This document shows, one piece after another, positions 36,315 through 46,784 of a stretch of DNA of 64,000 bases. The position numbers and the translations under genes were made by a program. Source of the stretch: Patescibacteria group bacterium (GTDB lineage Bacteria; Patescibacteriota; Minisyncoccia; Phycocordibacterales; UBA9973); NCBI GenBank assembly GCA_040388095.1, contig JAZKCM010000002.1, forward strand, positions 7,264-71,263. Direction: 5' to 3'. Every line of letters starts with the position of its first letter. Positions within the stretch are counted from its first letter, which is position 1. Under the pieces are notes generated by a model, which saw nothing but the letters and a program-made list of their open reading frames with translations, did no database searches and had not been told where the DNA came from.

Positions 36315-38447
36315 ATGAATAAAAAAGAGTATCAAGTAGAAATCGGCGGGAAAGTAATGACCGCTATTTTTTCAGATTTAGCAGACCAAGCGCACGGCTC
36401 GGTGATGTTAAAGTACGGCGAGACGATAGTCCTCGCGACTGCGTGTATGTCAAAAGACAAACAGGCAGGTTTGGGATTTTTTAATCTCACTGTCGACTAT
36501 GCAGAAAAATTTTATGCATCAGGAAAAATATTGGGTTCACAATATGTACGCCGTGAAGGGAAACCTTCGAATGAAGCGATCCTCGCATCACGTGTAATCG
36601 ACAGAACTATTCGTCCACTCTTTGATCAGAATCTTCGTCACGCAGTGCAAGTCATCGTCACAGTTATCGCATGCGATGACAACGATCCAGCCATGCTCGC
36701 CGTGAATGCTGCATCACTCGCACTCGTCGTCTCAAATATTCCTTGGAAGGGGCCAATCGGTTGTGTGCGTGTCGGCAAGTATGCAATTAATAACGACAGC
36801 GAAAATTTGGTAGTAAATGCTTCTACAACAAAAAGACAAGAAGAGTATCCGTACAAATTTGACCTCACAGTCTGTGGAAGAGAAGGCACTATAAATATGA
36901 TAGAGGCTGCATCAAGACAAGCAAAAGAAGAAGAACTGACAGAAGCACTCGAACTCGCAAGCAAGGAGATCACCAAGCTCGAAGATTTCCAGAAGAAAAT
37001 CCAAAAAGAAATCGGTAAAGAAAAAAGAGTTATCGAACACGAAAAAATTAGTGAAGAAAGTTTGAATCTTTTCAAAGAAAATATTTTACCAAAAATGGAA
37101 AGTGCTATTTTTGCAGGAGCAGGGAAAATAAAAATTGATGCACTCCACAGCGAATGGAATACTTTAGTAAAAGAAAAATATGCCGGTACTGACAAAAAAG
37201 ATTTCCAGCTTGAAGACGATATTTTCGATGAAACAGAAAACGACATGCTTCACGAAAAAGCAATCAAGGAAGACAAACGTGCAGATGGCAGAGCGATGGA
37301 CGAAGTCCGCGAACTCTACGCACAAGCAGGAGGCGTCTCAAAAATTTTGCACGGCTCTGGAATATTTTATCGCGGAGGCACGCACGTACTCTCTGCACTG
37401 ACACTCGGCGGACCAGGAGACAAACAAGAAGTGAATGGAATGGATTTACAAACTTCACGAAGATTTATGCATCACTATAATTTTCCTCCGTTCTCTGCAG
37501 GAGAACCAGGAAGAAGTGGATTCACAAATCGTCGCGAAGTCGGACACGGAGCACTCGCAGAAAAAGCATTGCTTATGGTGCTTCCAGAAAAAGAAATTTT
37601 CCCGTACACGATTCGCATCGTCTCTGAATCAATGGCGTCGAATGGTTCCACTTCACAAGCAAGTATTTGTGCATCGACACTCGCACTCATGGATGCTGGT
37701 GTGCCGATAAAAAATCCTGTCGCCGGCATCGCGATGGGCCTAATGTATGAAAATGATTCTGCATACAAAATCTTGACCGACATTCAAGGACCAGAAGATC
37801 ATCATGGTGATATGGATTTCAAAGTCGCAGGAACACGCGTTGGTATCACTGCGATACAGCTCGATGTGAAAGTCGACGGCGTGCCAATAAAAATACTTTC
37901 TGAAGCATTGGCACAAAGTAAGAAAGCTCGCCTTACGATCCTCGATACTATCGAAAAAGAAATTTCAAAACCGCGTGAAAACATTTCTCCAAATGCTCCG
38001 GAGATTTTGATTATCAAAATCAAACCTGAACAAATAGGTGGGGTCATCGGAAGCGGAGGAAAAGTAATTAAAGATATTAAAGAAAGAACTGGTGCAGAAA
38101 TCACTATCGAAGATGACGGCACTGTATACTTCACTGGTATGAACGGCTCTGCAGGAAAAGCAAAACAAATCGTGGAAGAAATGACACACGAATTCAAACT
38201 CGGAGAAATACTCCAAGGCGAGATCGTGAAGCTCGCAGACTTCGGCGGATTCGTCCGACTCAATGACTTCACTGACGGTATGGTGCATATTTCTGAAATA
38301 GCGCCGTTCCGAGTGGAGCGAGTAACTGATATATTGAAAGAAGGTATGATTGTCCCAGTGAAAGTCATCGGCATCGACCCACAAAGAGGAAAGATTAGTC
38401 TTTCCATCAAGGAAGCAAATCCGACTTTCTTTCAGCCTAAAGCGTAA
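36315..38447 (+). CDS. pnp: Polyribonucleotide nucleotidyltransferase
   Basis: RREGKP, SRVIDRTIRP, HHYNFPPFS, SNGSTS, GDMDFKVAGT, KH and S1 domains. Confidence 0.98.
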   Translation: MNKKEYQVEIGGKVMTAIFSDLADQAHGSVMLKYGETIVLATACMSKDKQAGLGFFNLTVDYAEKFYASGKILGSQYVRREGKPSNEAILASRVIDRTIRPLFDQNLRHAVQVIVTVIACDDNDPAMLAVNAASLALVVSNIPWKGPIGCVRVGKYAINNDSENLVVNASTTKRQEEYPYKFDLTVCGREGTINMIEAASRQAKEEELTEALELASKEITKLEDFQKKIQKEIGKEKRVIEHEKISEESLNLFKENILPKMESAIFAGAGKIKIDALHSEWNTLVKEKYAGTDKKDFQLEDDIFDETENDMLHEKAIKEDKRADGRAMDEVRELYAQAGGVSKILHGSGIFYRGGTHVLSALTLGGPGDKQEVNGMDLQTSRRFMHHYNFPPFSAGEPGRSGFTNRREVGHGALAEKALLMVLPEKEIFPYTIRIVSESMASNGSTSQASICASTLALMDAGVPIKNPVAGIAMGLMYENDSAYKILTDIQGPEDHHGDMDFKVAGTRVGITAIQLDVKVDGVPIKILSEALAQSKKARLTILDTIEKEISKPRENISPNAPEILIIKIKPEQIGGVIGSGGKVIKDIKERTGAEITIEDDGTVYFTGMNGSAGKAKQIVEEMTHEFKLGEILQGEIVKLADFGGFVRLNDFTDGMVHISEIAPFRVERVTDILKEGMIVPVKVIGIDPQRGKISLSIKEANPTFFQPKA

Positions 38448-38520
38448 TTAAAATAGAAAAGAAAAAAGAGCGGCCATTCGGTCGCTCTTTTGAGTTTAAT
38501 TTTGGTATACTAATAACTAT

Positions 38521-39408
38521 ATGGAAAATGAAAAAGAAATTCTAAAACCTGAACCTGTACCAGAAACACCAATGCCGAAAAGTGCAGTAGTGAAAACGTA
38601 TGCGGAAGATATGGCAGATGCTATCGATCATGTCGAAGGAGGAATGATAAGGCAGATAATTCAGGAACAGGAGGATGGACAAAAAAGAGAGGAGAACGTG
38701 TCTCCAGAATCAACGAAAAATAAAACATTGATGTTAATCAGTGCCATTTTGATAGTATCAGCATTTGTTTCACTGTTCTTGGTTATAACATTCAAAGAAA
38801 AAGCTCAGACAGTCGAGCCAGTAAAACAGACAAAAAATATCATCTTCGTGGAGCAAAATAAATTCTTAGAAGTCGCAGGACTTTCGAAAACTCAAATTAT
38901 CGAGACAATCAAAAACGAAGTTTCTAACAGCCAGCTCAAAATCGGAGGCATTGAAGCTATATATCTGACGGAAAACAAAAATGTCGTGACTTTCAAAAGA
39001 TTTATGGAATTAATACAGAGCAATGTGCCAGCGGAAGTGACAGAATACACAAACGACAATTTTATGATCGGTATATACAACAACGAAGATAAATCACTTT
39101 TCATCTTACTCAATATAAAATCATTTGCGGATATTTTCCCTGGAATGAAAGCATGGGAAAATAAAATATGGAGTGATTTGCACGACCTTTTCGATATGGA
39201 ACTCAATGCCGATACGAAATACTTGCTCACAAAAAGTTTTGAAGATAATATTATCGAAAATAAAAATAGCCGAGCATTGTACGACAATGAGAAAAATAAA
39301 ATCTTGGAATACGTCTTCGTAGATGAGACTTCAGTCGTCATTATTTCAAATGACGATGCAGTACACGAGGTTATGAGTCGTCTCTACAGCGCTCAATTAG
39401 CTAAATAA
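38521..39408 (+). CDS. Single-pass membrane hypothetical protein
   Basis: VKTYAEDMADAI, TM helix, GMKAWE and FEDNIIENKNSRAL motifs. Confidence 0.7.
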   Translation: MENEKEILKPEPVPETPMPKSAVVKTYAEDMADAIDHVEGGMIRQIIQEQEDGQKREENVSPESTKNKTLMLISAILIVSAFVSLFLVITFKEKAQTVEPVKQTKNIIFVEQNKFLEVAGLSKTQIIETIKNEVSNSQLKIGGIEAIYLTENKNVVTFKRFMELIQSNVPAEVTEYTNDNFMIGIYNNEDKSLFILLNIKSFADIFPGMKAWENKIWSDLHDLFDMELNADTKYLLTKSFEDNIIENKNSRALYDNEKNKILEYVFVDETSVVIISNDDAVHEVMSRLYSAQLAK

Positions 39409-39462
39409 TAAAAGCTAAAATAACCATTTGCCAGAAAAAACTAGTCTGCTATGATATAGGTA

Positions 39463-39819
39463 ATGATAGACAAAAAGAAAATTAAAGAAGAGTTAGAAAA
39501 AGAGAAAAATTTACTAAGTGGACAGATGAATGATATGGGAAAATTAAATCCCGAGACAGGGCAATGGGAGACTCAGCCCGAAGCACAGGATTTCCCAGAA
39601 GCAGATGCAAATGACCAAGCTGATAGATTTGAAGATTATGAAAGCAAGAGTTCGATGATGAGAGATTTGCAGAAAAGATGGAACAATATCCTAAATGCAA
39701 TAAAAAACATCAACAAGACTTCTTTCGGAAAATGTGAAATATGTAAAAAAGATATCGAAGCTGCTAGAATGAAAGCGAACCCAGCAGCGAGAACATGTAA
39801 GAAACATATTAACGAATAA
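39463..39819 (+). CDS. DksA/TraR family zinc-finger protein
   Basis: DxxD coiled-coil tip (DANDQAD); FGKCEIC...ARM.ANP.ARTCKKH. Confidence 0.85.
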   Translation: MIDKKKIKEELEKEKNLLSGQMNDMGKLNPETGQWETQPEAQDFPEADANDQADRFEDYESKSSMMRDLQKRWNNILNAIKNINKTSFGKCEICKKDIEAARMKANPAARTCKKHINE

Positions 39820-39831
39820 TTTTTAATTATT

Positions 39832-41403
39832 ATGAGCTTCGCAAAAGTCTACTCGGCACAAATAAATCTCCTTTCAGGAAATATTGTTACGATAGAGACA
39901 GACCTCTCGCGAGGACTCAATTCTTTTACTGTCGTCGGTTTACCAGACAAGGCCGTCGATGAATCAAAAGATCGCGTTGGTAGCGCACTCAAAAATTCTG
40001 GTTACGAATCACCAAAAAGTAAAAATCAAAAAACGGTCGTTTCACTTGCTCCAGCGGATCTCAAAAAAGAGGGTCCGTTTTTTGATTTAGGAATTGCACT
40101 CGCATACCTACTTGCCACTGGTGAAATAAAATTCAATCCTGAGAAAAAACTTTTCCTCGGAGAGCTTTCACTCAATGGTGAACTCAAAGGTCTGCGAGGA
40201 GTGTTGCCACTTGTACAAGAAGCAAAGAAAAAAGGATTTGAGGAAATTTATCTTCCAAAAGAAAACGCTCTAGAAGCAGCACTCGTCGAAGGTATCAAGA
40301 TATTTGGCGCAGAAAATTTAAAACAAGTCATCGACCACATCGATGAAAGTAAGATACAACTAGAAGAAGGTGATGATGCACTCCGCAAGCAGAAGAAAAA
40401 GATCGTGGAGCAATCAAAAACAGAAATACTTTTTTCGGAAGAAATAAAAGGCGCTGACTTCGCAGATATCCGCGGACAAGAAGGTGCAAAACGTGGCTTA
40501 GAAATCGCTTCTGCTGGCGGGCACAATATCGCTATGTCAGGCCCGCCTGGTACTGGAAAAACAATGCTCGCTCGTGCATTTAGCAGTTTGCTTCCTGATC
40601 TAGCCATTGAAGATGTTTTAGAAATTACTGGCATTCATTCTGTCGCAGGAGCAAATCGTGGTGAGCTCATCACCACTCCACCATTTCGTGCACCGCATCA
40701 CACATCATCATATGTCTCACTTATCGGTGGAGGAACTTTTCCAAAACCAGGTGAAGTAACGCTCGCACATAAAGGTGTTTTATTTTTAGATGAATTTCCA
40801 GAATTTGAAAAAAGAGTTTTGGAATCTTTGCGCCAACCACTCGAAGACAATATCGTCTCTATCGCTCGAGCAAAAGGTACGGCAATATTTCCATCAAATT
40901 TTATTCTCGTCGCTGCGATGAACCCTTGTCCTTGCGGAAACTTAGGGAATAAACAAAAAGCCTGCATCTGCAAACCTTCCGACCTCGACCGATACAAAAG
41001 AAAACTCTCTGGCCCGATAATGGACCGCATCGATTTGTGGGTGACTGTCGGAAATATTGATTACAAAAAATTGGGTGAAGAAGGCACAGGAGAAAAAAGT
41101 ATAGTAATAAAAAACAGAGTGCACAATGCTCGCAAAATACAAAAAGAAAGATTTGAAAAATCTAACAGAAAAATATCGCTTAACAGTGAAATGAATGTAA
41201 AAGATTTATCAGAAATAATCCGTCTCTCAGATGAAGTACGAAATGTTTTACAAGAAAGCTCTGAGCGCCTCGCACTTTCTGCTCGTGCATATCACAGAGT
41301 TATAAAAATAGCCCGCACGATAGCGGACTTGGCTGGCTCAAACGAAATAGAGAAAGATCACATACTCGAAGCGATACAGTATCGTCCTAAAATACAGCTA
41401 TAA
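39832..41403 (+). CDS. comM: ComM / YifB Mg-chelatase-like AAA+ helicase
   Basis: VGLPDKAV, GPPGTGKT, FRAPHHT, LFLDEFPEF, AAMNPCPCG, LSARAYHR. Confidence 0.95.
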   Translation: MSFAKVYSAQINLLSGNIVTIETDLSRGLNSFTVVGLPDKAVDESKDRVGSALKNSGYESPKSKNQKTVVSLAPADLKKEGPFFDLGIALAYLLATGEIKFNPEKKLFLGELSLNGELKGLRGVLPLVQEAKKKGFEEIYLPKENALEAALVEGIKIFGAENLKQVIDHIDESKIQLEEGDDALRKQKKKIVEQSKTEILFSEEIKGADFADIRGQEGAKRGLEIASAGGHNIAMSGPPGTGKTMLARAFSSLLPDLAIEDVLEITGIHSVAGANRGELITTPPFRAPHHTSSYVSLIGGGTFPKPGEVTLAHKGVLFLDEFPEFEKRVLESLRQPLEDNIVSIARAKGTAIFPSNFILVAAMNPCPCGNLGNKQKACICKPSDLDRYKRKLSGPIMDRIDLWVTVGNIDYKKLGEEGTGEKSIVIKNRVHNARKIQKERFEKSNRKISLNSEMNVKDLSEIIRLSDEVRNVLQESSERLALSARAYHRVIKIARTIADLAGSNEIEKDHILEAIQYRPKIQL

Positions 41404-41443
41404 AATAGAAAATAAAAAAGACAAATTTTTATTTAATTAATTT

Positions 41444-42517
41444 TTACTGCTTCTTCCAAGATTTACCTGTGGAGTCGAAGCCTGGATTCTTTGCTCCACG
41501 TACTTCGAAGTGTAAATGTGGACCAGTTGAACGGCCAGTTGAACCAACATAACCGATCACTTCTCCTTGAGAAACTTGATCACCTTGATGCGCAACTCTT
41601 TGTGACTGGTGAGCATAGAAAGTCTGAGTACCATTAGGATGTTTTATAATGATCAAATTTCCGAAACCTCCATTGTAACCATTTTTAGAAAAGATAACTG
41701 TGCCACTCGCAGCAGCTTTAATAGGAGTACCTGATTCATGGCAACTCATATCAACAGCATAATGGTCGTGTTTACCTTGAGTAAGTGGACAAGGGATTGG
41801 TTTTATAAAGTATGCGTCAGTTGATCCAATGTTTACATCGACATATACTGTCGGTTTCTTTGTAGAAGGTGAACTCGCGGGAGTTGAATCGATAAGCTGT
41901 CCATCTGGAATAATCAGTTTATCACCGACAGTCAGTGCAGCAGTCTCAGAAATACCATTAAAAGAAGCGATATCGGCGATATCAGCTTTGTATTTCAATG
42001 CAATACCTTTGAGTGTCTGACCTTTAGTAACAGTATGTTCAATACCAGAGATAGGTAAAATGATCAATGTGTCACCTTCGACGAGTTTATCGCCTTTTTT
42101 CATATCATTTGCCCAAAGAATCGTATTTGCAGAAACATCAAACATTTCCGCAATAGCTGCTAATGAATCTCCTTTTCTCACAACATAGACACTGATCTCA
42201 GCTTCAGTATCTTCAGATGGATTTGCTCCCATAGAACTGGTTACAGGGACGAGAGCATTTTCTGATGCTATTGTAACACTAGCATCTTCTTTCACTGTAT
42301 TCTCTTCTTTTTTCTTATCCTGATTTGCGAGCACTGGAGAAAATGAAGGTGTTAGAAGTTCCATATTCTGAGAATTATTGAGATTTGTAGCTGGAAGTAC
42401 ATCTTCAGCAGAAGCTTTCTCTCCAAGACCAAACATAGAAAGTAATCCAGCATTTGCTTGAACTGGTACAAAAAATACCCCAAACACCAAGAAAAGGGCT
42501 AAAACATGACTAATCAT
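41444..42517 (-). CDS. LysM x2 + M23 peptidase (cell-wall endopeptidase)
   Basis: YVVRKGDSL, HTVTKGQTL, HxxxD (HYAVD), YAH, STGPHLHFEV. Confidence 0.93.
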   Translation of the reverse strand: MISHVLALFLVFGVFFVPVQANAGLLSMFGLGEKASAEDVLPATNLNNSQNMELLTPSFSPVLANQDKKKEENTVKEDASVTIASENALVPVTSSMGANPSEDTEAEISVYVVRKGDSLAAIAEMFDVSANTILWANDMKKGDKLVEGDTLIILPISGIEHTVTKGQTLKGIALKYKADIADIASFNGISETAALTVGDKLIIPDGQLIDSTPASSPSTKKPTVYVDVNIGSTDAYFIKPIPCPLTQGKHDHYAVDMSCHESGTPIKAAASGTVIFSKNGYNGGFGNLIIIKHPNGTQTFYAHQSQRVAHQGDQVSQGEVIGYVGSTGRSTGPHLHFEVRGAKNPGFDSTGKSWKKQ

Positions 42518-42734
42518 TTTAAATTGAGGTTTAATAAGCCTTGAAAAATATCGCTAGAATGGGCTTTTTGTCCTTAAAAAATAGGGCAAACTCTGCAAGA
42601 CGACCAAAAATGTGTTGCAAAATAAAGGTTTCTAACGAAGTTACGGTCATAACTGTCTTTCTGTCGATATCTGAGTTTCTTCTTGTCCGGTACCTAATAA
42701 TCGTACCTTTTTAGGCTAGGTGAGTCAATGGAAA

Positions 42735-42743
42735 TGTGGATAA
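42735..42743 (-). promoter_or_regulatory. DnaA box
   Basis: TGTGGATAA next to a TTGACA promoter element. Confidence 0.4.
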
Positions 42744-42848
42744 CTTTATTTGACATAATTTATATAAATTACATAATTTTAAGGTTTTTTTATAAAAATC
42801 AGCCGGAAAATTAGGCAATATAAACTAAAAGTTTTATAATAAAAGTCT

Positions 42849-45800
42849 ATGGCAAAAGAAAAATCTCCGAATACTGAAGAAGTATTGAAAAATTTAAAAA
42901 ATAAACTGGAAAAAGAGGAAAGTGAGCTAACCTCTGTAAACTCAATAGAACTAGATGGCGGTAATACTATAAAAAAGGGTCAGAAAAAAGCAGGTGAATA
43001 TAAGGTAAAAAGCATCAAGGTAAACAAGGAAGGCAAGAAAGTCATAAAGCTGGAGCTAAAAGATGGAACAGGGGAATACGAGCTAGAAGAGCAGAAGTTG
43101 AGAGATGAGGATAAAAACATTGAAACAATCTGGAGAAAAAGTGGGACAACGGAAGGCTTGCGAATAGGATTCCCCAACAATGAACACATAGAGGAGAAAG
43201 TCGAGGAAAAGGAAAAAGAAGAAGATGTACCCCAAATAACAGTTATGGAAAACAAAAAAGAACAACCAATAAAAATAGAAGATTCTAAAACAAAGATGCC
43301 GAAGGTAGAAAAAATAGATGGAAAAATAAGTGCACCTCGTATAGGAAGTAAGTTTTTCATGATGAATGAAGAAAAGAAAATGGAAAATTATACTATCATC
43401 GGAACAAGAATTGCAAAAAAGGATGGGCAACTTTTATTACGGATAAAAAAGAATCCTGAAGACAGAGAAGAAGAGCCAAAAGAAATCAACTCTAAGCAAT
43501 TTGTAAATAAATTTAATAAAGAAAAAATTCTATTAACAACAAAAGATGATAAGAGAATCGAGGAACTTACTCCATTTTCTAAAAAGAGAAGAGAGCAAAA
43601 TAAAGAAATAAGAAACAAGAATGAAGAGGACGTTTTAAATGAAATAGCAGAAAATGCAGATAAAAATCGTGAAGAATTAATGAACGAAGAAAAAGAACCA
43701 AAGACCCTTGATGAATTAAAAACTCATCACGAAATAGGAATGAAGATGGATGAAGTGTTATTAAAAAGCTTAAGTGACATAGAAAAAAAGAAATTAGAAA
43801 AACAAGAAAAATATAAAAATATTTCAAAAGACACGAAAGACTTTCTAAAAATGGAAAGGAATAAAAAATACACGCAAGATAAAATAGATCTTGAGGAAAG
43901 AAGACACGAAGAATTTGCGGATCCAAAAATCACAGACAAAGATGCAATAGATGCAAATCCTGATATGAAAGCTCTTTTCAACAAGGATCCAGAAAAATAT
44001 CTAGAAGAGAACAAAGAAAAAGCAATTCTAGCTTTTAAATATTTGAACAAAGTGATGAAGATAGAAGAGCTTGCAAAGAATACTGCTTTCAAAAAAGCGA
44101 ATCAAAATATTACTGGATTAAATGACGAAGATTTTGCAAAAGCAGAAGCCAAAAAATGGCAATTTAAATTCGACGAGATCAACAAGAAATACGACGATGA
44201 ACTGGATTCAATAGTTTCGAAAGAGATGAAGAGCAGAACTCAAAGAACAACTAATAAGATGAGAAAAGAGTGGGAAAATAAAGAAGCAGCGAAAACTTCT
44301 TTTGATCACACGATCGATGCACAAATAGAAAGAGCAAAAGGACGTTTAAAAACAGGAATAGAAAAAAAAGCGGAAGAAATAAGTAAGAAGTTGGATGTAA
44401 AAATAGATGCTATTCATCAAAAATCTGAAGAAAAATTTAATGAGATAGAACTTGCAGAAATAAAAAAAGCGGAAGAAGCTAAAGACCAAGCACGAAAAGA
44501 ATATATAGAAGCAAAAAACCAAAAACAATCGTTTTGGAAATTTGGCTTTGGAAAAGACAAGAAAGAGAACGAGCTCAAAGAAAAAGAAGAAGCTTACAAA
44601 AAAGCAAAGGAAGAATATGTCGATGCTTCTGGTAAAGACCAAATGGATTTCTTTCTTGAAGAAAAACAAAAATTCCAAACAGAAAATATTGAAAAGAAAG
44701 GTTTAAGTGAAAGAATGAAAAATGGAATAAAGGGAGGTATGAATCTTTGGGAAAATTGGGACAAGAATGAAAAAGACACTAAATTTACACAGCATTTAAA
44801 AAAAGCAGGTAAAACTTTTGTAAAAATAGCTATTATCGGTGGAGCATCGGTTGTCACCGTTTCTGGTCTAGCTGGTGTAGGCATAGGTACTGCGACTGCT
44901 CTTGCGGGAGGAGTAGGAAGTTATGTAGGTAAAAAAGCAGTTATTGGAACTGCTTTTGCAAGTATGATAAATAGTGTTCCAGAAAAACATAGGTGGTGGG
45001 TATCTCTAGGAATAACAGCGCCTCTTGTAATAAGTGGTGGACTTACTACTGTTGGTATAGCAGGTGTTGCTGGTATTGCTGGATATATGGGTTCGAAATT
45101 AATCAAAAATAAAAGTGAAGAAAATATTAAAGCTGAAGTTGATGCAAAAATCCAAGCATTAAAAGAAAAACAAAATCAAAAAGTAGACAAAGAAAGCTTC
45201 GAAGATTTTGAAAAAAGACAAAATGCAATAGAAAAAGAATTAGCACTTATAGAAAAAACAGCAAGTAGAGATAGATTTTATAGAAATACAAAAAAGGGAG
45301 CTTTGGCTTTACTCATAGGTACTGCGACAATAGAAATGTCTGGTAGTATTCAAGATTATAAAGATCATCATCAACCTCGTGAATATGTTCCTCGTGATCA
45401 TGATACGATTCCAAAACCAATTCCTCATCCAACACCAACACCCGAAACTCACACATTAAATCCTGATGCAATTATTCATAAAGGAGAAGGAATAGAAAAT
45501 GCATTTATCAGACAAATCGAGCACAATACCGAAATGGCAAAAAGTCTTGGCTGGGATGGAAAAGAAAATCTACATCACTTTGCACAACACGAAGCACACG
45601 CACTAGCTATCAAAGAAGGTTATGTTGATGGAAATGGAAATGAAATACGAGTGAATGTCGCAGACAAAGTCGGATATGAAATAAAAATGGAAAATGGTCA
45701 CGCTACTGTATTTGAAAAAAGTCTCGATGGAAAACTTACAGATATACCACACCACGAAGGAGACAGCTTTGAAAAAAATACAGAAAAATACGAATACAAA

Positions 45801-46439
45801 ACAACAGGTAATACTCATTTAGAAAAACCTGTACCAGCAACAGAAGAGTCTGCAATTCATTTAGAAAAACCAACACCAGTATTTGAAGAAGGTAATACAC
45901 ACATACTACACCCAGAAAAACCGAATTTTGAATTTACTCAAGTAGACGAAGCTCCTCTTAATCTAAGATACGAGGCACACAATGAAGCTCCGGTAATTGA
46001 AAATACTGGACCAAGAAATCTAAATGCTTTTTATACAGCTAATGCAACAGATACAAATATAGGTGGTTTTGGAAGAGGTTACTTTGGAAATCAAATAGGA
46101 TATCACAATGATCCATATGAACTCCATCAACAGTTTTTGGCACAAGTAACAGAAGCACACGATCAAAGCATCCATCATATTTTTAAAAATGATAGTGATT
46201 ATTATGATTTAGCAAATAAACCAGCAAGTGACTTTATGAAGATGAATGAAGCAGATGTCAGTAACCCTGAAATGAAGAATCTTATTCATCATTTACATAA
46301 AATTCGTGCAAGTACAGATATCGAACCTCACAGAACAAATATCTTTAGAACAAATCCTGAAACAGTGGACCACTACATAAACAGAGTATACGAATACGCA
46401 AACAAAAAAGGAAAATTAGATGAGATAATCGTTCAATAA
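42849..46439 (+). CDS. Large Lys/Glu-rich coiled-coil protein with Gly/Ala-rich hydrophobic hairpin
   Basis: 1196-aa ORF; hydrophobic block near aa 660-750; His/Pro-rich C-terminal part. Confidence 0.7.
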   Translation: MAKEKSPNTEEVLKNLKNKLEKEESELTSVNSIELDGGNTIKKGQKKAGEYKVKSIKVNKEGKKVIKLELKDGTGEYELEEQKLRDEDKNIETIWRKSGTTEGLRIGFPNNEHIEEKVEEKEKEEDVPQITVMENKKEQPIKIEDSKTKMPKVEKIDGKISAPRIGSKFFMMNEEKKMENYTIIGTRIAKKDGQLLLRIKKNPEDREEEPKEINSKQFVNKFNKEKILLTTKDDKRIEELTPFSKKRREQNKEIRNKNEEDVLNEIAENADKNREELMNEEKEPKTLDELKTHHEIGMKMDEVLLKSLSDIEKKKLEKQEKYKNISKDTKDFLKMERNKKYTQDKIDLEERRHEEFADPKITDKDAIDANPDMKALFNKDPEKYLEENKEKAILAFKYLNKVMKIEELAKNTAFKKANQNITGLNDEDFAKAEAKKWQFKFDEINKKYDDELDSIVSKEMKSRTQRTTNKMRKEWENKEAAKTSFDHTIDAQIERAKGRLKTGIEKKAEEISKKLDVKIDAIHQKSEEKFNEIELAEIKKAEEAKDQARKEYIEAKNQKQSFWKFGFGKDKKENELKEKEEAYKKAKEEYVDASGKDQMDFFLEEKQKFQTENIEKKGLSERMKNGIKGGMNLWENWDKNEKDTKFTQHLKKAGKTFVKIAIIGGASVVTVSGLAGVGIGTATALAGGVGSYVGKKAVIGTAFASMINSVPEKHRWWVSLGITAPLVISGGLTTVGIAGVAGIAGYMGSKLIKNKSEENIKAEVDAKIQALKEKQNQKVDKESFEDFEKRQNAIEKELALIEKTASRDRFYRNTKKGALALLIGTATIEMSGSIQDYKDHHQPREYVPRDHDTIPKPIPHPTPTPETHTLNPDAIIHKGEGIENAFIRQIEHNTEMAKSLGWDGKENLHHFAQHEAHALAIKEGYVDGNGNEIRVNVADKVGYEIKMENGHATVFEKSLDGKLTDIPHHEGDSFEKNTEKYEYKTTGNTHLEKPVPATEESAIHLEKPTPVFEEGNTHILHPEKPNFEFTQVDEAPLNLRYEAHNEAPVIENTGPRNLNAFYTANATDTNIGGFGRGYFGNQIGYHNDPYELHQQFLAQVTEAHDQSIHHIFKNDSDYYDLANKPASDFMKMNEADVSNPEMKNLIHHLHKIRASTDIEPHRTNIFRTNPETVDHYINRVYEYANKKGKLDEIIVQ

Positions 46440-46460
46440 TTATTAATTAATAAAAAAAAT

Positions 46461-46766
46461 ATGGCTACAATAAAACAAAATTTAATGGATTTATTTGAAA
46501 TAGAAAAAATGCCCGAAGAAAAAAGGGAAGAAACGCTAAACAAATTAACAACACTAATATTGGAATCGACTCTTACTCGAGCACTTCCACTTTTATCTGA
46601 AGAAAATATGACAGAATATGAAGACATATTAGAAAGTAAACAATCTCCGGAAGTTTTATTTAATTTTCTTTCTTCAAAAATTCCATCTTTTGAAAATATT
46701 TTAAAAGAAGAAGCTGATATTTTACACAGAGAACTCTCTGGTGAACTCGAAGCATTAACTTCATAA
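46461..46766 (+). CDS. Small acidic helical protein (DUF5663-like)
   Basis: LFEIEKMPEEKREE...IPSFENILKEEA. Confidence 0.6.
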   Translation: MATIKQNLMDLFEIEKMPEEKREETLNKLTTLILESTLTRALPLLSEENMTEYEDILESKQSPEVLFNFLSSKIPSFENILKEEADILHRELSGELEALTS

Positions 46767-46784
46767 AAATGTTATAGTGTGTGG

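Noticed and set aside
36638-38410. Antisense ORFs up to 202 aa (and similar ones across the window)
   Set aside because: Shadow frames of well-supported genes on the opposite strand
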